A stretch of 64,000 bases of DNA from Cyanophora paradoxa CCMP329 (taxonomy: Eukaryota; Plantae; Glaucophyta), in assembly GCA_004431415.1 (NCBI GenBank), contig QPMI01000600.1, positions 70,055 through 134,054 on the forward strand, written 5' to 3'. The notes under the pieces were generated by a model. It was given only the letters and a program-made list of their open reading frames with translations, was not told where the DNA came from and made no database searches. The stretch's first letter is position 1; every line of letters starts with the position of its first letter. This document shows, in pieces, positions 57,382 through 64,000 of this stretch. A program made the translations under genes and the position numbers.

Positions 57382-58077
57382 ATGACTGATTTGGATGAAT
57401 TTGTGGCTGGTGAAATGATAGAACCACCATTTCGTGTATTGGCAATAGGAAAATCAGCAACTGGTAAATCAGAAGCTGTAAAGTATTGGTTAAAGCAATT
57501 ACATGATGCCAAAAAGATTGATGTTGTATTAGTTGTGAGTGGAACCAGCTTCAATCATTTCTGGGATAAAGTGGCAACACTGCAACTGGGAAAATGGGAT
57601 GCCCCTTACATTGCTAAATTGCTAGATGGGAGGCAAGAGAAAATAGAGAAAGGTGAACCTGTTAACCAATTGTGTGTGGTTTTAGATGATTTAATCGATA
57701 ATGAGATAGTCGATCTCACAAGGGATAAAATAATCGGATCTCTGTATTCCAGAGGTCGCCATTCGAAAATATCCATTATCTGCATCACACAAAAGCTAAG
57801 AAAAGTCTCTTCGACTATTCGAGTAAATTCGGATTATGCAATGTTTCTAAGTGCTGCAAATCGCAAAGAACTGGAAGCCATAGAGGAAGAATACAATATA
57901 ATGCGAAATAAAGAGGATTTCTACAAGATGTTTGAAGAGTATGTTCACTCCTATCAGTATATCATTTGGTCCTCTGCAAACTACTCAGTTAAATACTATG
58001 TAGATAAAGCTGAGCTTGTGAAAGATTTCCCATTTCCTCGCTTCCACAGGAAGCCAAAAAAGAAGAAGATGAACTGA
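57382..58077 (+). CDS. A32-like (FtsK/HerA) genome packaging ATPase
   Basis: Walker A IGKSATGKS, Walker B VVLDDL, and the A32-specific SRGRHSKISIICITQ..IRVNSDY. Confidence 0.92.
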   Translation: MTDLDEFVAGEMIEPPFRVLAIGKSATGKSEAVKYWLKQLHDAKKIDVVLVVSGTSFNHFWDKVATLQLGKWDAPYIAKLLDGRQEKIEKGEPVNQLCVVLDDLIDNEIVDLTRDKIIGSLYSRGRHSKISIICITQKLRKVSSTIRVNSDYAMFLSAANRKELEAIEEEYNIMRNKEDFYKMFEEYVHSYQYIIWSSANYSVKYYVDKAELVKDFPFPRFHRKPKKKKMN

Positions 58078-58191
58078 AACCACCAGAGAAAGAGGAAGCC
58101 CCCAAAGAAGTGAAAAGCCAAGTCCATAGCAATAAATTGATGCGATATAAACGCGGTTTATAAAATTATCTCTCATTCTAATAAAGATACA

Positions 58192-58874
58192 ATGCCTCCA
58201 AACGAAAGATAGGGATCCAGCTGGGGCTGTTGGCTATTCAGGTGGTGGAAACAATGGATCCATTAACACAGACCCACTGAAATTCAATGGTATGAATGAA
58301 GTGAAGCCCTCTCAACAACAAGAAGACCCCTCAATGCTGCTATGAGGAATCATTTGATGACAAAGCCCCACAGGCTTCAACCAGTGACCAACTCAACATT
58401 TCACCTGAAGCCTCAAAGATGAAGGCTGTTGCTGAGGGAGCCAGGCGAATTATTGGTGCTGCTGATGATAAAGGTTTAGGCTTGCAAGATCTATCACTGG
58501 CTCGCAAAGGTGAGGGTCTTAGTAAGGAATCAGACAAGGTAATTCAGTCTATGGCTGGTGAAGTCACATACAAGACTGCTCCCACTCAAAATATTCATCG
58601 AATTCCCAAGGCTCAATGGGATGAGATGACTGCTAAACTCAAAGATCTGGAAGCCAAATCAAGTGCCTTGGAGCAGTATGTTACTGAGAAGAAAGAGAGA
58701 GCCAAGCTAAAGGAGATGCTTCGAAAGGAAGTTTATAAAATGGGCATTACTGGTGTCCCAGATAAACAGTTTATTGCTAAGAAAGAGACCCAAATCGATG
58801 AGCAGGCAGTAGATGAAATGAAAACAAAGACCCAGAAGGGAACATTGAACCTGGTGCCACTAAAGCTGAAGTAG
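58192..58874 (+). CDS. Hypothetical viral protein (coiled-coil C-terminus), 5' part frameshifted
   Basis: ATG at 58192 after an A-rich leader; intact ORF 58419-58874. Confidence 0.45.
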
Positions 58875-58943
58875 AAAAGGGAGTAGCTCCCACAGTATAT
58901 AAAAGACGAGTTTGGCTTTAATTATCTCTGTTTTATTAGAGAC

Positions 58944-59216
58944 ATGGATATAATACGAAAGTTTTTCGAGATGTTCAGTCTGCATGTGGTGAGCAATTGC
59001 CACAGTGGATGCTGTGAGACAAGAGTGGAGTTTGAGATGTCAGATACTGAGGATAATGCCTCAGAAGCAAGAGAGAGAAGGAGGTCTACGATTTCTGTGG
59101 AGTCAATGCCAGCAGACCCCACAGAGTATACATATGAGCAACAGGAGTATCCAAGGAGAAGTTCTTTACCAGGCGAAAACGTTTTCTCAGCAAATATTAA
59201 TGGAGGATACAATTAG
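58944..59216 (+). CDS. Hypothetical 90-aa viral protein
   Basis: ATG-initiated ORF in gene-dense array with a CHSGCC motif. Confidence 0.45.
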   Translation: MDIIRKFFEMFSLHVVSNCHSGCCETRVEFEMSDTEDNASEARERRRSTISVESMPADPTEYTYEQQEYPRRSSLPGENVFSANINGGYN

Positions 59217-59445
59217 TTTGATCGAGTTTACTAGTGATGAGCCTTTAACTGAGGGTGCTATTAGACACATTCTAGCAAAGCAGAAACGATATAGAGAGGA
59301 CCCAGCATATAGAGAGTATAAGAAACAACAAGCCCTGGCATCCTATTATCGCAGAAAAGCCCAAAAAGAGGAGCAGAGACCCAGAGGGAGACCGATTAAA
59401 TATTATTTGCCTACTGATAGTAGCAATGGACCCACAGGTCTATAA
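59200..59445 (+). CDS. Small basic protein with AT-hook-like RPRGRP
   Basis: MEDTISL..KRYREDPAYREYKKQQALASYYRRK..RPRGRPIKY. Confidence 0.55.
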   Translation: MEDTISLIEFTSDEPLTEGAIRHILAKQKRYREDPAYREYKKQQALASYYRRKAQKEEQRPRGRPIKYYLPTDSSNGPTGL

Positions 59446-59597
59446 GATACTTGAGAAAAAGCGGTCTCAGTATGCCACTGAGGCAGCTATAAAAGTTTAC
59501 AGACAGGAACTGGTGTTCGCAACAAAAAATGACTTAAGGAAAAAGTAGATAGATTGTATTGAGGAAAAATTATTTTCGTATCTACTATTAAAGAGAA

Positions 59598-59921
59598 ATG
59601 CCGAATATCCGCAAGATACTCACAGATGATGAAAAAGCAGAGAAGCTGAGACTGAAAAGGGAGCAAGATGCCCAAAGAAAACGCGAAGCCTATCATAAAA
59701 AGAAGCAGGAACGATTATCCAAGGAGCCGCTACAGTTCACACACCAGAAGAACTCAAAAAGATTGCCCTCAGACACCAGAGGAAATACAGGGAAATGAAG
59801 AATATCGCGAGCAAAAAAAGGCAAAGCGCTGGAATATTACCACAAGAAGAAAGATGAACAGCCCAAGAAACCAAAGAGCATAAACCGGTTGGAAGACCTC
59901 GGAAATATATCGAAGAATAAA
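59598..59921 (+). pseudogene. Small basic coiled-coil protein ending in KPVGRPRKY, frameshifted
   Basis: MPNIRKILTDDEKAEK..REAYHKKKQE; downstream frames give EEYREQKK and KPVGRPRKY. Confidence 0.45.
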
Positions 59922-60189
59922 TTCTCGATCGAAACAAATTTTGTAGAAATCGATTTGATCGAGGCAAAAAAATGACAGCTTTCTTCCTCTTTTTTAAAAC
60001 TGTACTATATATCGAGACAGTATCCGACCCAAAACTACTTAAGGACTTGGCAAATAATAGGATATATATAAAAGACAATTCCTCCTTCCGAAATTATTTC
60101 TTCGTTAAAGGTAGAAGTCCCCAAAATCGAAAATGAACAAAATCGAGAAATTCGCCACCCTGTTGAAAATGCTACATTCCTTAGTACTC

Positions 60190-62660
60190 TCATTGGTGAT
60201 CGCAACAAGGTCACCCATGTATTTGATTCTGCGAAGATGCCCTTGAAGCCATTGATAATAGCAAGGTTAAGACCTGGGCTGAATGCATTCAACCTGAGCA
60301 AGTGACCAGAGTTTACCTGGACCTGGATAAATTCGCTGATTTGAAGGAGAACATTGCTGATAACTATGCTGAGGCGGAAACTGTTGTAAGAGAGATGAGA
60401 GATAAGCTATGGAAGCGATCTGGTACCACTTCTATTAACGATATTGCTGTTGCAGTTCGCCATAGAAGGTTTATTTGATTAAGGAGGATGTCACCAAGTT
60501 CAAGATTTCAGCCCACTTTATTATTAAATCGCTTGCATGCAAACATGAAGATATCCCCAAGCTTTTCAAAGCGATGGGATTGGTGAAAATGAGGATTATG
60601 ACAGTGGAGTTTACAGCTCACACAGAACCTAATCTGCCTCAATTGCTGCAAAGGTGAGACTCTGGATGCTCAAAATAAGTCGAAAAAGATGTTGATAAAA
60701 ACGTTTGCTTTAAGAAATCCGTTGACTGTGACAAAGTGTTAATGCGAAATGAGGACTTCTTTGTATCTTACTTCTCAGCTACTACTAAACTTGTGGATGA
60801 ATCAAATATTTCTGCATTTGCAAATTATACTCCTGAGCCAAAACAGTTAAAAAGGAGCCAAAAAGTGATAAAGTGAAGACTGAGAGGTAGAAGCTGAAAA
60901 AGACACTGAACCCGAAAATCTGTTACTTTCGAACTGCTACAAAGTGTTATAATGGTCTCAATGCTGAAAGAGCAGCGAGTATAAGACTTGGATTGATGTT
61001 GGACTGGTCATCATCAATGTTGGGAGACAACAAATTTACCCTAAAATGCAGGCTGAACTCTTCCACCAATTCTCAGAAAGAGTGACAAGTATGATTATGA
61101 TGAATGCCAGGAAAAGTTTACACAGCTTCGCAAAGCAAGAAGAAGGCTGAGCCTGGAAAGTGTTGACCTTCAAATCTTGGTTTATTGTTTGAGCAAAGAT
61201 AACAATGAGCTTTTCAAGGAACTCTTCCCCAAAAAGTATGCATTCCTACCAGAGGACACAGATGAAATCGATTACAAGACTGCAAGTATCCTCCTTTGGC
61301 TGAACATTACAATGTGCATAAGAGGTATTTCAATGCTCGCATGCATCATGTTGAAAATGTTGGTTGTGTGATGCTCTGGGATGAACAATACTTTGCTGGA
61401 TGCCCAAAGACATTGGAAAACTGTCTACAAAGCATTTCCCCACTTGATGCATAAGGTGATTGTGAATGAGGGACAGATAATGAGAAGAGAATGGAGCAAT
61501 CATTTAGGAAATGGATTGTGGATCAACAGCACAAGATCAACTTACATGGATTTCCTCCACCTCCTGCTACTCTCAGTGCAAAATGCAATCTGTATTTAAT
61601 CTCTATCCAGGAATGAGGTCGACCATCAGCAATTCGAAAATGCTCCAGAGGATGTAATGCTGAGATGATTAAGCTTTCCTTGATCACTGTTCTTAATGTC
61701 TGGTGAGGATCAAATACTATGAATATCTGTTGAAATGGTTTGCCCACATGCTGCAAAGCCTGGGGAACTCAATGGAGATCTTAACTCATTGTGAACAGGA
61801 ATGGTAGAATGTGTTGGTTGATACTTTCCAAAAGAAGATACTTGGAGCCTGAGTTATGCAACTGGTAAGCCAAAAGAGGATCTGTTTGGTCGATTGCCCA
61901 CATAGAGAGGATAAGATCTTGATTGTTGTGAATGAAGCCTCAGGCAAGGACACATTCGAAAATAATGATATGCTTAAAGATTCATTACTTCTGATAAGAT
62001 TGTTATTGAACACACAAGGGATAGATTCATACACAAAAAGCAACTTTGCAGGATTATATTCACCAGCAATAACAACATTCCAGTTAAAATTGAAGCTGGA
62101 GATAGGCGATTTGTGGTTGTTGAAGTTAGTAAGAAATTCGCAAAGGATAGGTCATACTTCCTTCCACTTGTAAAATGGCTTAATGATCACTGCAATATTC
62201 GAAACATTGCCCACTATTTGAGAACCAAAGTTGAATGTGAGGATGTGAACTGGATTGCTGATAGACCCCTTACAAATAAATACTATTTAGCCCAGCAGGT
62301 GTGCGCTCCAATCATCTTATGTTCACTAAGTGGCTTGTGGATCGAGGCTTAATTTCCGAGAATAAATGCAAGTCTGGTAGCCTTGTGGAAACCTGGAAAT
62401 GGTTCCAGGAGTTCATTACCAGCAATAAATATAAAAACGATTATAATAGTCGCAGATATTATACTGAAATGAGAAGTGTTACATATATCCAAGTGAAAAC
62501 TACAAATGGCAAACAATACTATCATTTCCTATTCCCACAAGTATTTGAGGAATTCAGAAAGATGAAGCTTGTAGATGATGAGACCATTGAGGAAGAAGCT
62601 AATCCAAGGATGAAACAAGACTACCTGCTGCTGATCCTGATGCATCAGATTATGATCTGA
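60190..62660 (+). pseudogene. AEP primase - PriCT-2 - helicase (D5/NrS-1-like), heavily frameshifted
   Basis: Fragments RVYLDLDKF (AEP DxD), KISAHFII (AEP His), WIDVGL..FHQFS..DKYD..EC (PriCT-2), WFAHMLQ, KILIVVNEA, IFTSNN..PVKIEAGDRRFVVVE (helicase motifs), spread over several frames. Confidence 0.8.
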
Positions 62661-62759
62661 TGTTGAAGTTTAGGTTTACTCAAAAGTGGACTCACAGTTG
62701 ACTCAAATTTATCATAAAAGACCCAAACAGTCTTTTATTTATGGTTTATTTATCGATTA

Positions 62760-62863
62760 GGTTGACTAAGTGGGGGAGTTGACTCATTTTTTCACAGATT
62801 CTAAAGAGGACTCTGCCCTAAAAAGAAATAAAAAGTGCCTCAACTCCACCCACTAAGTCAACC
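62760..62863. promoter_or_regulatory. Stem-loop element, copy 2, immediately downstream of the primase-helicase
   Basis: ggttgactaagtgggggagttgactcatttttt ... aaaaagtgcctcaactccacccactaagtcaacc. The left arm is almost identical to 41716-41749. Confidence 0.65.
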
Positions 62864-62914
62864 AAAAAATGATTTAAGAGATAGAAAAATATATTTATAT
62901 GTAACTAGTAAGAA

Positions 62915-63306
62915 ATGGCTGGAACAGATCATGATTCTGGATCGATCTATATGATTGAGAGTCAGGAAATGAACAAAGTCTACATAGGAAGAACCTCACA
63001 GCCACTTCAAAAAGATGGAGACAACACAAATCAGGTCAAATGCCATCTACAGCAGACCTATGCAAGGCTTCTGATGTGAAGTTCTCAGTCCTGTATTCAA
63101 GTAAGAAGGGTGGGCATGAAGACCTAATGAACAGAGAAGCATATTACATGTATCTCTTTGAACCTTGGATAGTCAATTTACAAAAACCGAAATCCGATTT
63201 AGGATTAATAGGTTTTTGCGATTCCATTCAGAGGAAGCCAGTGGATCCATTAAAACATTTTAAATTGCGTTTAGAACATCCTAAAATAAAATATCCCTTA
63301 GAATAG
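62915..63306 (+). CDS. GIY-YIG endonuclease, one frameshift at ~63010
   Basis: GSIYMIES....KVYIGRTSQPLQK then, in another frame, RWRQH..LMNREAYYM..WIVN. Confidence 0.75.
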
Positions 63307-63322
63307 GAACAAGTTAGGAATA

Positions 63323-64000
63323 ATGCCCCGAATTACCAACAAACTCATAAGGGAGAAGAAATGGGAACTCATGGGATTGCTGGGAACACTTTATGCAGCC
63401 CATGAAATTACAGAGGCTGAATATGACCGGGAAATAGATTTAATTGCAAAGGGCAGACCCACTTTAAGCAGATTAACCAGAAAAGCAAATAACCTATATG
63501 ATAAAATTGAAACCTTGGATGAATTGGATAGGCTTAGGCAAATAGAACCAGATGCAGAAGATGGAACAGCCATGAATGAATTATATCGCTGGCTCACTTA
63601 CAGAGCCAGAAGGGAAGTTGTTGTAGATGTGATTGAATTCCTGGACAGAATTGCTACATCCCTTCCTAATCGATTAAAGCAGGGTTTAGATCAATTCAGG
63701 GCAATCAAGGTTCGCTTGTCTTTTATCTGCAAGTTCGTAAAAGTGAGCAATCCACAGGTTTGGATATCGAAATACATTTACAGTGATTACTTTGTATTAA
63801 CCAGGTCGAGAAATATTCGAACTGAGCTGAATAAAGCAGCCCAAATGTGTCAGGAGCAGATGAATGTGGTTGATAGCTATCGCTTAGAAAGAATGAAATA
63901 CTCAGAGTGGCTATTATGAGTTATGCTCCAACTGGTGGATGCTTTCTACAAACCCCAGAGTGGATTGCTAGGAAGAGAGCCACAGTGAATATTCGAAATA
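63323..64000 (+). CDS. Probable N-terminus of a Polinton-type protein-primed family B DNA polymerase (truncated by window, frameshifted)
   Basis: IKVRLSFICKF.. and terminal YAPTGGCFLQTPEWIARKRATVNIRN resemble the YxPxxG-Y/FxxxPxxIxxKxAxxNIxN motif that precedes the catalytic region in many Polinton pPolBs. Catalytic motifs are not in the window. Confidence 0.55.

Larger units (their letters stand above)
41114..64000. mobile_element. Endogenous Polinton-like virus / Maverick-type DNA virus; left end present, right part beyond the window
   Basis: Abrupt switch from GC-rich intron-dense DNA to AT-rich, intron-less, tightly packed ORFs. Contains a major capsid, two minor capsids, an A32 ATPase, a primase-helicase, a GIY-YIG nuclease and a pPolB-like N-terminus. 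Confidence 0.92.

Noticed and set aside
41114-64000. Bacterial prophage or bacterial contaminant
   Set aside because: No terminase, portal or HK97 capsid. The A32 ATPase, pentons and jelly-roll-type MCP indicate a Polinton-like eukaryotic virus despite the phage-like fibres.
58000-64000. Alternative genetic code explaining the broken viral ORFs
   Set aside because: Motifs continue in different frames (indels), and long neighbouring genes are open under the standard code.

Overview
The window has two compartments. (1) 1-~41,110 is very GC-rich, intron-dense eukaryotic nuclear DNA with short introns, many of which start with GC. A Phe-type plastid transit peptide suggests an alga, but the species cannot be identified from sequence alone. 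Recognisable host genes: a DUG2-like M20 peptidase, USP39/Sad1, a DUF4062-NACHT-TPR protein whose TPR repeats are each a separate 126-nt exon, a probable GPI-anchored surface protein, a GT77/XEG113-like glycosyltransferase, a CFAP97-domain protein, a SUC/SLC45-type sugar transporter, a plastid thioredoxin-like ferredoxin-TPR protein and a C2-like protein. The host part also has a ~0.7 kb MITE and intergenic DNA built from chained short palindromes. (2) From ~41,114 to the window end is an AT-rich, intron-less, gene-dense endogenous Polinton-like virus (PLV/Maverick-type). It begins with a perfect 29-bp hairpin and iteron-like repeats. It encodes an AdoMet decarboxylase, four paralogous fibre/spike proteins (shared N-terminus, different heads), a phage-type small partner protein, a 1775-aa phage-like fibre, a patatin-discoidin lipase, two head-to-head pentons, a major capsid protein, an A32 packaging ATPase, a broken AEP primase-helicase, a GIY-YIG nuclease and the probable N-terminus of a protein-primed PolB. 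The most striking feature is the virus's modular, bacteriophage-like attachment/entry cassette. All calls come from motif recognition by eye; no database searches were run, and exon boundaries of host genes are approximate unless stated.
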